From Macrostomum lignano (taxonomy: Eukaryota), in NCBI GenBank assembly GCA_002269645.1, contig NIVC01000884.1, positions 186,001 through 250,000 of the forward strand: 64,000 bases of DNA, read 5' to 3'. Both the position numbers and the translations under genes were made by a program. Under the pieces are notes generated by a model that was given only the letters and a program-made list of their open reading frames with translations, was not told the DNA's origin and ran no database searches. The stretch's first letter is position 1, and each line of letters opens with the position of its first letter. Below, one piece after another: positions 12,116 to 25,196 of the stretch.

Positions 12116-13859
12116 CAAGGACCACTAGAAGTTACCGTTGTATCAGGACGCAACACTCGTAAATATTGCAAAATTATTTGAAGGCCCGCTTGTTTGCATT
12201 GCAGCTTAACTTTAAATGCTCATAACTCCGGACTGGTTGCACTTTGAAAGATAATTTTTTCGCCAGGTTGCTCGAAATTTTGTTCTCTTAAACATATAAC
12301 AAACTTTAGCGCTATATCTACATGTAGGAGCGGCGGGCGTACAGTAAAGTAACGGCAATACACAATATTTCATTGCATACAAAATGAATAAAGTTTCAGT
12401 TACTTCAATTATTGCCTCCTAGTCTCGATAAAGTAGCAGACCATACAACATACTCTGTAGTTGGAAGCTTTATAAAGCGGATAATCTGTACAGAGTTCAG
12501 TGGGCTGCAAAGGCGTCACTTCACTATCAAAAACCAGTATTATAAAAATCAGAAAGGCGCAGTATTTTTGAAATCTTGGCACACCTGCCCAACAAGAACT
12601 CCAACATTCATAATCTTTCTTTTGCTGTTCAAATGAACAGTAGGAGTCAAATAAAACTTGTACAGTAGCACAACTTTATTTGTATTTAAGTTCAATTTCG
12701 ATATAAAAACCTCTAATTTCATAAAGAATACATGCGAAATAAGAAAACAAAGTCAAAAAGCAACAATAAGCCAATGTATTTTAAACTTAAACTTTCATAC
12801 CAATCAAGTCATTCTGTCTAAAAAATCTCTTAAAATCACAAAGCATAATGAATCACAGTACTTCACCATGTTAGCTCAGCAGACATTGATGGATGAACAT
12901 CTAGATTGGATGATTTGGCACACCTGAAATGAAACCAATTTGGGATTAATAAATACCTGCTTTGCAATGAACAACAAAACAAGCCTTGTTTTGAGTAAAT
13001 GAATACATTTTCTCTATAACCTAATATGTATGAAACAAAGCTTAAACCATCAAATCACAGCTGGTTTAACTAACATGAAACTGACAAACTAACAAATTAA
13101 AGTACATTGAATATGGATATAAAGGTAATGATAATAAGAAACTGTAGTTAAACTAAACAAACATCTCAACCGTCAATCTGCAACATTTGTAAACAATATG
13201 GTTCATAAAATAATTGTCAATGACAAGACTAACAACCTACTTATTGCACTGATGAAAAACAAGATAAGGTTTACAATCTTGTATAAAGATAGTTTGAACA
13301 ATAGCTTTAGATAAGTCTATAAATGGTATACATCCGGCTATACAGAATTGTCTTAGGCCTAATAAATAAGGAAAGAGAATTATACACATTTAGACTTCAA
13401 AGTATATTCAATTGTGAATTTATATACTCTAATATATTGCTGTATTGACAACAAAAAACTATAACAAACTATAAGCCATGTTGCTAGGAATGCTAGTTAA
13501 ACAAACAAATAAATCTTACACATTGTTTACACATTGTCTATAACACTGTGTAAAACTATATTTGTCTTTAGACTAAAATGTTTTTTTCCTATTTGTCATT
13601 CTAATGTATAGTAAAAAATAGTACTCCTTTACCCTTGACTTCAGTTTTGAACATATAACTTCAGCTTAGTGAAATGATATAATTAATCTAATCCAAATCA
13701 AATCTAATCTAATTCTATAATTCTATTCAGTATAGCAAAAATGAGTGTCTTGTTCTAAAGTGGTATTGGTAAATGATTTACTTAAACAGCATAGCTCAAC
13801 CAATTTTGAAGCATTTAACTTCACTTAGCTATAAAATCAACAATCAGGTAACTAGAATA

Positions 13860-14165
13860 CAAAAAAATAATCAACAGACTTATTAATGACTTTTAAAAAC
13901 AATTTTTGCATGTAAAGGGTAATAGATGCCTACAAAATTATAAACAAAACTGTACATTTGACAAAACTGTCAACAATTTTCTAACAAACAGTAGAATGTT
14001 AGCCTGTAAGTAATTAAATAGATGCCTACAAAAATATGAACAAAACTGTACATTTGACAAAACTGTCAACAACTTTCTAACAAACAGTAGAATGTTATCC
14101 TGTAAGTAATTAAATAGATGCCTCCAAAAATATGAACAAAACTGTTCAAACTTTTTAATAGACTC
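13860..14165. repeat. About 3 copies of a roughly 104-bp tandem duplication downstream of the transposase stop
   Basis: Repeated AATAGATGCCTACAAAA...AACAAAACTGTACATTTGACAAAACTGTCAAC blocks. Confidence 0.8.
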
Positions 14166-14320
14166 AACTAACTTAAGCAAACTTAAATTGATACAAAAGC
14201 TTGCAATAAATTATAGCTATCCCCAAAGTATATAAAAAATTCATGGGCTTCAAGAAATACATCTGAGTATGCCAGCAATTGGTCAACTAGCCAGAGTGTG
14301 ATAATAAAGAATGTAGCAAA

Positions 14321-17248
14321 TCATTCATGTTGTAGTTTACGTAGTCTACGTCCATTGGCATTGAAAGTATGCCGAGGTATCTCTGATGACTTACGCACTA
14401 GGCCTTTGAAAAAAGTATTTGCAAGCCGGCGAGCAATAGATGATAGTTGATCCTTTTGAATATCAAAGTCAACAAGTGACTCAAAAGTATATAGAAAAAG
14501 GCGAATTGTATGGCTGGCACACTTCAGTGACATCATACCAAAGAGTGAGTAGCACATTGATGCATAGACAATTAGCCATTCAGGAGGATGTTGCAATTTT
14601 CCTCTAGATAAAAGGTTAGTAAACTCACTATCTGGTGCCTGTACAGTTTGAGCAGGAAATACTTCAGGCACTTCTAAGGACTCCTTCATTGAAATATAGC
14701 CGCAGATATAATACAGAGTTACTCTTTCATCCAGTGATACCTCTTCAATTTGGCCTGGCAAATTATCAATTAACTCAATCTCTTCAAATGACATTGTGCC
14801 AGTACAACAGCTGTCTTGTGCTTGGCAGTTCATAGATGGTGCATCAATTTGCAGGTCTGCATACAGTTGCATTCTTTGTAGGCGGGCTGAGAGCATTATC
14901 TGCTCAACTGATATATAATAGCAGCCCCCATGTCCTTGTCTGTAAATAGAAAATTCTCCTTCAAGTCTGTCTGATTGAAGCTCACCTAGAGAATGTGTAT
15001 AAATAAAAATTAAATGACTCACTTACTTTGAAAAGGTACTTTTATCTAAATCAACTTTCACTACTTACTGGTATACACTTATTCTTACCTAATAACACAT
15101 AGGAAAATTTACAGTCTTTTAGTAAATATCTGCTCAGTTCAACCAGCCCTTTTGATGTCTGTATAGCAGCCTTGCGAGTTTCCGAAGTAAGCGATCGTAA
15201 ACGTCCAGGTCCTCGACCTCCAGGCATCCGTTCTAATACTTCGGCAAACATACTTAGTAACTTAAGATTGCTTGACTCTTCAGAGAAAATTGGACTACGT
15301 GTATCATCATGCAGCTGCATATGAGATGTTGTTGATTTTACATTAACCACTTTCCAAAACTTAAGGATAAAATCTATAAAAGTGGCTGTACCATAAAACC
15401 CATGAAGTTGAAGAGCAGCAATTGTCTTTTCATTAAAAACTTGAAGAACTAAAAATACCTTCTGACGTTCCAATGGAGATGGATGGCATGATTGTGGACT
15501 AAGTGTTGTAGGTCGAACAACATGAAGCTGTGATTTCTGCTCAATATCTATAATATCATTCCAATTAGCTTGACAAATAGGCCCTTCTGGTAAAAGTTGA
15601 AAGTCAATAATCTTTGAGCCTTGAGTATACCAATTATTGCGAATGTTTTTCAATAGATGAACTGTGTCATATAATAGAAACAAAGGTAGGCTTTGATCTA
15701 CTGGGTTAATTGCCTTCCAGGGTGCATCCATGTTGTCAAACTGAAACTTCTGGTAGCAGATACGGTTGATGAAATGATTGTCACAAATAAGACTTACAAC
15801 CTGCCCATTGCATTGATGAATAACCCTAATTAGTTTTACAATTTGTTGGAACAAGAAGTTGGGTTTTAAACTATAAACAGGAATCAGCCTAGCCACAAAT
15901 GATTGGGCTCCCATGAATGGTTTTATCATTAAGGCTAGGATAGTACGAGCCAATTGTGTTGGTACATCCTCAGCATAGCCAACTGTATGTCCACCTCGGA
16001 AACGAGCTGATGGTAAAACGTATACTTCATCAAAAATAACAGTACACAACTTCTGTGACGGAGTCAGTTGGCCAAAATGTGTGCTCACAATGGTCTTACA
16101 ATCTAAGTCTGTTCCAACATTACCAAGACCACCAAGATGACGCTTTAGAGTTGTAGCATGCGGTAGAGTCATAAGGTGCCTTGCTGACCGATAAGCATTA
16201 GTGCCAGATAGGAAGATCTTCATGGCTGTTAAAATGTCTGATGAATTATAATAGTGCCCATTTGATGATAAGGACAATTCCAGTTGACGAAGAAGAAACA
16301 GTTGCTTGGAGCTACATGGTAACTTTCGAATGGTTGCCACACTAGACTTGATCTCATCACTAATTGTCAATGGGGCCTGTTTGACCCTATTGACAATAGC
16401 TTCAAGTTGACTAAAGCGTTCTAGTTTCCATTGAAATCCTAGGAGGTCAGTTACCTTGACAACACTGTTCTGTCGATAGGCTTCAACAGTGAAGTCACTA
16501 TTAACACAGATATAGAATTCAACTGCACGTTCAAATATGGTCAAGAACAAAACATTCGAATCCGAAACTTGCACAAGCCAGCCAACTAAGAAGGGAAGAG
16601 CTAAAGCAGCAACTTGGAAAGCATTCCACGAACAGATTCGATCGGCTTTGTTAAATGCAGGCATTTGATCTGGTTCTTGACCACGCTGTGACAGGGAAAT
16701 GCCTCTTTTAACAGCCTGCCTTGACTTCTCTAAAAATATTTTTGAATTACAAACAACAACACATTATAAAAGGCAATCCAACTTTACCTGAGCTATAGGT
16801 TATATAACATGCTATATGATAGGGCATATTGTTAACTTACTTGGATATGTTTGGCGCATATCACTTTTCTTAGCAAATTGAAAAATAGAAGGTGGGTCCC
16901 TAGGTCTTGTGAACTGTTTGACTTTTACCATGGGGGCATCATCTTCCCAATGCTTTCGGCAAATGCCCATGAACTTAGAGACATTCTACAATTTATATAT
17001 AAACTTTAGAAAGTTAATTATTTTTACTATACATTTTAATTATTCAAAAATTATATTGATCTCAATTATTTACTTTTAAAGAATAAAGTAACTCATTAAA
17101 AGGTCATTTTATTCACCTTAATAGACGATGGCAATGCATTAATCCATCGGCAATGCTCAGCCTCATCTTTAGGAAAGCCAAATATAGCTACCTTCTCTTC
17201 ATTGCGATAGTTACTTCTACAAGATGGTATGCAACATTTCATGGGCAT
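14321..17248 (-). CDS. THAP-domain P-element (THAP9-like) transposase, 4 exons, about 860 aa
   Basis: Exons 17248-17117, 16985-16841, 16729-15089, 14985-14321 join in frame through GT-AG introns (2583 nt). THAP motifs CCIPSC...FGFP...W...CRKHW...PSIF; catalytic-region motifs FDEVY, CDNH, YDTVHLLKNIRNN, QSDRLE; no stops. Confidence 0.9.
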
Positions 17249-18516
17249 GGTTTGATAATTTTTTGTGAGTACACTGAAATTGTTAGATTTATAAACCAAA
17301 AAATTGAAACATTTCAGTTATCTCACTTTACATTTTAAAATATTAGACCCAAAACATAAACTATGAAAAAACAAATGAAAGCCAAAAAGGGTTTTAATAA
17401 GTGAATAACTGTGTATTATATTAATGCACAGATTTGAAAGTGAACACAAACTGGTAATAAAAGAAAAACAAATAAAAAAGTAGCAGAAATATTTTTTCTT
17501 CTAAAAAAACACCAATATTAATAAATAAAGGCCTTTTAAAAAATTGTACCTAACACAATTGAAAAGCTGCTATTTGACATTAAAAATAGGTGCTGCAAAT
17601 GTCTTCAAGACAGTAATACATTACAATATTATTACACTGATAAAAATTGGAAAAAATAGTGTTTTCAACACAAAAATAAATAGGCCTAAAGAAATTGAAA
17701 AGCCAGTATAATAAACTTTAGCCTTGTTGTTTCTAGTGGGAAACCAACTTTTAATATGCTAAAATATGTCTGCTACAAAAGGACAAAAGAATAAAAAGCA
17801 TAGGTTAGTTAGCTAAAGCAACATCTTATTGGTTGGATACATTAAAAACAAATAAACTATCATTTAACTTGTCTGATACTAACATCAAGCATGAGTACAT
17901 GAATTAGTCCTAGTCTTCAGTAATAATAATAATAGGCCTAATAATAATATTAATAATAATAATAACTAGGCCTAATAATCATGGTAGGCCTAGGCATAGG
18001 CCTAGTAGCTGTTGGAGTTTCAGTATGATAGGCCTAATGTCATATGATAGCCTGTCATAGCTAGCTAAAGTGTAAAGGCTAAGCTTATAAGTTATAAAAT
18101 AATATAGACCTACTGGTTAAATTACTTTCTGGTTGATAGTAAGTTAGTTAGAAGCCCTTCTGATCCTTTGACCTTTTCTCAAGCTTTGTTGAATTCTCAG
18201 TACTATGACTAGCAGTATCTGCTGTCTGCATAAAACCTTAGGGGCCTAGGAAATATTAAAACGAGTTGCATTTAATGATATAATTACTCAAAATATCTAG
18301 ATTACAGCCTAAATAAACTATAAATACACATATTATATGAAGCTTCTGAGGCTCAAATGTAGTGTATGCTTCTTTAAAACAGTCGACTTAAGTCGAGTAG
18401 ATGCTTTTTTGAAGGCAAGTACCGATAAATACACGTAAACAAGCGGGCCTTCAAATAATTTTACAATATTTACGAGTGTTGCGTCCTGATACAACGGTAA
18501 CTTCTAGTGGTCCTTG

Positions 18517-19451
18517 AGTCAGTGCCAGTCACTCCAATCTCAATCTATAGTCAGTGAAACTCACTCCAATCTCAATCTATAGTCAGTGCCAGTCACTCCA
18601 ATCTGAATCTACAGTCGGTGAAAGTCACTCCAATCTCAATCTAGAGTCAGTGCCAGTCACTCTGATCTCAATCTTCAGTCAGTGTCAGTCACTCCGATCT
18701 CAATCTACAGTCAGTGCCAGTCACTCCAATCTCAATCTATAGTCAGTGAAACCCACTCAAATCTCAATCTATAGTCAGTGCCAGTCACTCCAATCTCAAT
18801 CTATAGTCAGTGCCAGTCACTCCGATCTCAATCTACAGTCAGTGAAAGTCACTCTGATCTCAATTTATAGTCAGTGCCAGTCACTCCGATCTAAATCTAT
18901 AGTCAGTGCCAGTCACTCCGATCTCAATCTACAGTCAGTGAAAGTCACTCCAATCTCAATCTATAGTCAGTGCCAGTCACTCCGATCTCACAGTCAGTGA
19001 AACTCACTCCAATCTCAATCTACAGTCAGTGTCAGTCACTCCAATCTCAATCTACAGTCAGTGAAAGTCACTCCAATCTCAATCTATAGTCAGTGCCAGT
19101 CACTCCGATCTAAATCTATAGTCAGTGCCAGTCACTCCGATCTCAATCTACAGTCAGTGAAAGTCACTCCAATCTCAATCTATAGTCAGTGCCAGTCACT
19201 CCGATCTCACAGTCAGTGAAACTCACTCCAATCTCAATCTACAGTCAGTGTCAGTCACTCCAATCTCAATCTACAGTCAGTGAAAGTCACTCCAATCTCA
19301 ATCTATAGTCAGTGCCAGTCACTCTTATCTCAATCTACAGTCGGTGAAAGTCACTCCAGTCTCCATCTATAGTCAGTGCCAGTCACTCCAATCTCAATCT
19401 ATAGTCAGTGCCAGTCACTCCAATCTCAATCTACAGTCAGCGCCAGTCACT
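18517..19451. repeat. 32-bp satellite array, right part
   Basis: Same unit as 11401-12115. Confidence 0.97.
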
Positions 19452-19771
19452 TTGCCAATTATTTTTTCACCACAAGCTAAAACTATTAGAAAGTATTTTA
19501 GAATAATGGACTTGTTGCCAAGAAAGCAAAAAAAAGAAATTATTGACGTATTGAAAATCCAATACTGCAATAAAAGCAATGTTACTCAGGCCAAGGAATT
19601 TATTGTTCATACATTTTATAAGCAGAGATGAGTCCGAGTCTGTACAGAGCAGTGCTCAGCTCGAGCAGAGAAAGCATTTATTTGACTCAATGCGTTTCCA
19701 TTGTAAGCTATTGTCATTTGAAATCTATGCACAAAAAGGCATGACATCATATAAGGGATGTCCTCCGGCGC

Positions 19772-20094
19772 TCAGCCGCTCGACCTGACGTTGCCCTTCT
19801 GGTCAGACTCTGCAAGTCAGCGGTGTGAAATTGTCTCAGTCAGGTGCAGCCAAAAACAGGAAATCTAAAAGCAGAAATGCTCAAAGCAGCAGTGAGTCAC
19901 TCACCTCTGACCCGCTCCATCAGGTCCGGATTGGTGATGACGCAGCTGATGCTGGGCTGCACGAGAACCCTGGCTGAGGCGCCGACCATTCGGCGTAGCA
20001 TCGCCTTCGACTCTTCGCTCTCGCCCTTGTAGTAGAAGAACCTGAACGGGTCCTTGGCGACTGGCCTGGCGGATCTGGCTTGCTGGCTGGACAT
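19772..20094 (-). CDS. Unknown 75-aa protein family, copy G0 (inverted)
   Basis: Exons 20094-19905 and 19809-19772; 95-nt GTGAGT...TTGCAG phase-1 intron; protein MSSQQARSARPVAKDPFRFFYYKGESEESKAMLRRMVGASARVLVQPSISCVITNPDLMERVRESDQKGNVRSSG. Confidence 0.75.
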
Positions 20095-20449
20095 TGCTAG
20101 TGATTTGAGTTGCTGCAACAATTGCTGCTTCTTGAAGAAGATGATTCTTCAGTTTTCTGATGAGAGTTCAAAGTCTCGAACAGAATTTATTTATGCTGAA
20201 GCGATGGCGAGTCTTCGGCTGCACCTCGGAAAAACCAGCGCACTTTGCAATGTGTGAGCGCGGGAATTCCGTGGGTTATAAAGTACGCTCGTAGCTACGT
20301 AAAAATAGAAACAGCTGTAATGACTGACTGTGGTAAGTATTTTGCTCTTCAATTTTCCCTTTTGTTTCTTTTAAGCACTGTCAACTGGAGACAATTAGTG
20401 GTAGATGACTTTGGAATCATTCGGAAAGACCAAGAGATTTGCAGGGTGA

Positions 20450-20650
20450 CAGACAGACACTCTCCCATTCTCAGGGACGGACACTCTCCCATTCTCAGGG
20501 ACAGACACCCAAGCTCCCATTCTCAAGGACAGACACCCTAGCTCCCATTCTCAGGGACAGACACCCTAGCTCCCATTCTCAGGGACAGACACCCAAGCTC
20601 CCATTATCAAGGACAGACACCCTAGCTCCCATTCTCAGGGACAGACACCC
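20450..20650. repeat. 28-bp minisatellite
   Basis: CTCCCATTCTCAGGGACAGACACCCAAG, about 7 copies. Confidence 0.9.
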
Positions 20651-20873
20651 TATGATTCTTAGATTCACAGAGGTGCTTGTTGGCCCCTTAATCACAAATA
20701 ATTCCTTTTTGCTTTGTCTGTCAAATTGGAAACATTCTAAAGCAGATTTGCACAGTTTGTATTCGGTGAAAATTGCATGCAAAATTTGGTCGCTAATTAA
20801 GAAAAAGCACAAAAAATTATCTGGACTTCTTGAATTCACCAAATTGAATTAAATGGTAGATCAAATATTATTC

Positions 20874-21462
20874 AGCAAAGGATGTGAGCCATAAGGCTTG
20901 ATGTCAGTATTTGTGGACCGCTCGAATCATCAATCTGTTTTGCCAGAGGAGCTCCCACTACTTCCGGTTGAGTCTTTTGGCTTAGTCTGCTCCTGCTGTT
21001 GCTTCTCTTGCTCTGCTTTCTCCTTCTTTGCTGAAATAAGTTTGATTGTTTCTTGGTACGTCGATCTGTGCAAAAATGAACGGATTATATCAGGACAAGA
21101 CAGGACAGGAGAGGACAGGACAGGAGAGGACAGGAGAGGACAGGACAGGACAGGACAGGAGAGGACAGGACAGGACAGGACAGGACAGGACAGGACAGGA
21201 CAGGACAGGACAGGACAGGACAGGACAGGACAGGACAGGACAGGACAGGACAGGACAGGACAGGACAGAATGGAAACCAACGCATTCTACCTGCATCAAT
21301 CTTGGCAATGAGCTCAGGATTAGTAAAAATTGCAGACGGCGTAGGCTGAACCAGTTGAGTAGCAGTTGCTGCAGTATTTCTCCTGAGCTCCTCCTTGGAC
21401 TCCTCGCTTTCACCTGGCATATAGAAATCTTTGAACGGATCGCGTGGTTGCATACCAGCCAT
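20874..21462 (-). CDS. Diverged paralog F of the 75-aa family
   Basis: Exon 21462-21291 (MAGMQPRDPFKDFYMPGESEESKEELRRNTAATATQLVQPTPSAIFTNPELIAKIDA) aligns without gaps to family exon 1 and ends at a phase-1 GT; the intron holds a (CCTGT)n array; acceptor TTTTTGCACAG at 21066. Exon-2 frame and end are uncertain. Confidence 0.6.
21090..21268. repeat. (GGACA)n microsatellite in the paralog F intron
   Basis: Direct reading. Confidence 0.97.
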
Positions 21463-21751
21463 TCTGCTGTCCTTCGTCAGGGCGTGAACAGCGAACTAAC
21501 GAACGACTGTCTAAGCTTCTTGGCCCAGGCAGCTGCAGTGCGTATTGAACCCACTTGAAACTGGGCACTACCTCGTATTCTGGTCCCACTGTGCGCTATC
21601 TGAGACCTCATTTCGGTGAGTGACGCCGGTGCCGTGTTGGGGCGAACACAATTCACTCGGCTTGGGGAGAAACAGGGCACTGCCTTGTAGAGTCTGGCCT
21701 TGCAGTCTTGCTGTTGCATTGAGATAATAAAGTGTCTTTATAAATTCATAT

Positions 21752-21968
<217 letters not shown>

Positions 21969-22504
21969 CATAGGCAGCACCCTGTGTATATTACTAGGTA
22001 ATACCCTGTTCTATTTTTAGCACACCGTGGATCATTGCAATGCTCGTATCTACAGCCTTATGGTACAAGGTAGTACTTAGTCCTTATTTTATTTTTGGCT
22101 ATGATCCAATCCAGAAATGGCTACTGCCTTGTAGGAATGCTATCAGCTTAGCGGCTTCTCGTTAAGGCCATTGAAGTGCACTATAGGCTTTATATGTTTC
22201 TAATAACTGAGATGCCGAGGCTCAAAGACGATGCTGACATTTTAAGTCAGATAGAACTTGTGCTTTGAGGGCTCGTGCTTTTTGCTGTAAACGGACCAGT
22301 AGTTTTTCTTTAAGAAACAAACTATAACAACTTTTAAAGCAATTTTTTCAAAGCCAAGTACTCTATGAGCTGGCTGTGTTAGTTATGACATCATTTTATA
22401 AATTCGAAATTCTTGGTAAGTGTGGGCTAAAGCACTTCCAACCCAGACTTTAGGATTCACAGATAGCCCTTCAGGAATTTCCTGAGGTGAACTCAGACCA
22501 TTCG

Positions 22505-23405
22505 GACCAGGAGACTTTCAAACCCTTCATCATGAAACTTTCAAATCCTTCATCATGAAACCTTCAAGCCCTTCATCATGAAACCTTCAAGCCCTTCATC
22601 ATGAAACCTTCAAGCCCTTCATAATGAAACCTTCAAATCCTTCATCATGAAACCTTCAAGCCCTTCATCATGAAACCTTCAAGCCCTTCATCATGAAACC
22701 TTCAAGCCATTCATCATGAAACCTTCAAATCCTTCATCATGAAACCCTCAAGCCCTTCATCATGAAACCTTCAAACCCTTCATCATGAAACCTTCAAATC
22801 CTTCATCATGAAACCTTCAAACCCTTCATCATGAAACCTTCAAATCCTTCATCATGAAACCTTCAAATCCTTCATCATGAAACCTTCAAATCCTTCATAA
22901 TGAAACTTTCAAGCCCTTCATCAGGAGACCTTCAAAGCCTTTATCATGAAACCTTCAAACCCTTCATCAGGAGACTTTCAAACCCTTCATCATTAAACCT
23001 TCAAGCCCTTCATCGGGAGACCTTCAAACCCTTCATCATGAAACCTTCAAACCCTTCATCAGGAGACCTTCAAACCCTTCATCAGGAGACATTCAAACCC
23101 TTTATCATGAAACCTTCAAACCCTTCACCAGGAGACATTCAAACCCTTTATCATGAAACCTTCAAACCCTTTATCATGAAACCTTCAAACCCTTCATCAT
23201 GAAACCTTCAAACCCTTCATCAGGAGACTTTCAAACCCTTCATCATGAAACCTTCAAACCCTTCATCAGGAGACCTTCAAATCCTTTATCAGGAGACGTT
23301 CAAACCCTTTATCAGGAGACCTTCAAACCATTCATAATGAAACCTTCAAACCCTTCATCAGGAGACCTTCAAACCCTTTATCAGGAGACCTTCAAACCCT
23401 TCAGC
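22505..23405. repeat. 23-bp minisatellite
   Basis: AAACCTTCAAACCCTTCATCATG with AGGAGAC variants. Confidence 0.95.
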
Positions 23406-23667
23406 AGATAACCAAGGCTATTTAAAACACAAGAATTTGGTGTAGAACTGTCGCCAGCTGCTACTGACCTCACAGGGTACTTCCTGGTTCTATTTTTAGA
23501 CCTTACGCTTTCCAGACGTGGGTTTACCAGTGCACTATAACACTAACGCAGTAGTACCACTTATTCGCGCTTCTGACGAAGGTACTACCGCGTTTTGTAT
23601 AGAAATATTGATTAGTAAATATGAAAATGCACCATCATTATCCCATGAGTCGATCCCACGAAACACA

Positions 23668-24350
23668 GAGAGTGACCTCAGAGACTATCCAATGAAACAC
23701 AGAGAGTGACCTCAGAGATTATCCCATGAAACAAAGAGAGTGAACTCAGAGTCTACCCCATGAAACACAGAGAGTGACCTCAGAGTCTACCCCATGAAAC
23801 ACAGAGAGTGACCTCAGAGTCTACCCCATGAAACACAGAGTGACCTCAGAGTCTACCCCATGAAACACAGAGAGTGACCTCAGAATCTACCCCATGAAAC
23901 AAAGAGAGTGACCTCAGAGTCTACCCCATGAAACACAGAGTGACCTCAGAGTCTACCCCATGAAACACAGAGTGACCTCAGAGTCTACCCCATGAAACAC
24001 AGAGTGAACTCAGAGTCTACCCCATGAAACACAGAGTGACCTCAGAGTCTACCCTATGAAGCACAGAGAGTGACCTCAGAGTCTACCCCATGAAAAACAG
24101 AGTGACCTCAGAGACCATCCCATGAAACACAGAGAGTGACCTCAGAGTCTATCCCATGAAACAAAGAGAGTGACCTTAGAATCTATCCCATGAAATACAG
24201 AGAGTGACCTCAGAGTCTATCCCATGAAACAAAGAGAGTGACCTTAGAGTCTATCCCATGAAACAAAGAGAGTGACCTTAGAGTCTATCCCATGAAACAC
24301 AGAGAGTGACCTCAGAGTCTACCCCATGAAAAACAGAGTGACCTCAGAGA
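23668..24350. repeat. 32-34-bp minisatellite
   Basis: GAGTGACCTCAGAGTCTACCCCATGAAACACA(GA). Confidence 0.95.
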
Positions 24351-24765
24351 CTATTCAACAAAATGCAGCGCGTGAACTTCGTGCAAGAATTGGTTAATCA
24401 AGGAGAAAGCACTCATAAGCTATATAAAATACTGAATATTGCAAAAACATTCTCGTTACTATTGCAACAGCCTAAATGTTTACTAAAAAATCGTACCCAG
24501 TCAGAAAAGTCGCTACCCAGTCAATTAATGCATAAAAATAAATTTTTCGCCATAGCTATATCTACTACAAGGTAGTACACGATAGTTTTCAGTAGGTCGT
24601 ACCCTGTAACCCAGCTCTGAGGGCGGAGTGTACATTCTATGCAGTGTACACCGGGGAACCCTTAGGATGCTATTTTTAGCAATTACGAGTCGTAATTGCT
24701 AAAATTACTCTGCTCTTGCAGAACATGCAGGCTTTTACGCGGTAGAACCTAATAAGGGAAATGCT

Positions 24766-24773
24766 TATAAATA
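24766..24773 (+). promoter_or_regulatory. TATA box of family copy A
   Basis: TATAAATA about 105 nt upstream of the ATG at 24874. Confidence 0.55.
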
Positions 24774-24873
24774 CGAGATCTCCCACCGACTGTAAATCCA
24801 TGAACCAGCTCCAGAAGACTCAGAAGCTTCAATTCAAAGCCACCGCAAATTAATTTACAAGCCACCGTCAACA

Positions 24874-25196
24874 ATGTCCAGCCAGCAAGCCAGATCCGCC
24901 AGGCCAGTCGCCAAGGACCCGTTCAGGTTCTTCTACTACAAGGGCGAGAGCGAAGAGTCGAAGGCGATGCTACGCCGAATGGTCGGCGCCTCAGCCAGGG
25001 TTCTCGTGCAGCCCAGCATCAGCTGCGTCATCACCAATCCGGACCTGATGGAGCGGGTCAGAGGTGAGTGACTCACTGCTGCTTTGAGCATTTCTGCTTT
25101 TAGATTTCCTGTTTTTGGCTGCACCTGACTGAGACAATTTCACACCGCTGACTTGCAGAGTCTGACCAGAAGGGCAACGTCAGGTCGAGCGGCTGA
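24874..25196 (+). CDS. 75-aa family copy A
   Basis: Exons 24874-25063 and 25159-25196; AATAAA at 25364; same protein as G0. Confidence 0.78.

Larger units (their letters stand above)
12116..18516 (-). mobile_element. Complete P-superfamily DNA transposon (6401 bp)
   Basis: 80-bp TIRs (12116-12195 and 18437-18516, 1 mismatch) with CA...TG ends; perfect 8-bp TSD AGTCAGTG (12108-12115 and 18517-18524); internal spliced transposase. Confidence 0.96.

Noticed and set aside
18554-19631. SQCQSLQSQS-type ORFs (also 11398-11693 and 25337-27994)
   Set aside because: Frame read-through of the 32-bp satellite, with frequent stops.
19897-20121. ORF-track version of the microprotein (MLQQLKSLA start, ...VRGE* end)
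   Set aside because: The upstream start is a non-ATG codon absent in A, D and E; the GE* end is the GTGAGT donor read through.
20140-20210. Hammerhead-like CTGATGA-stem-GAAC upstream of G0
   Set aside because: GAAA core absent, no stem III or cleavage triplet, and not conserved in copies B and C.
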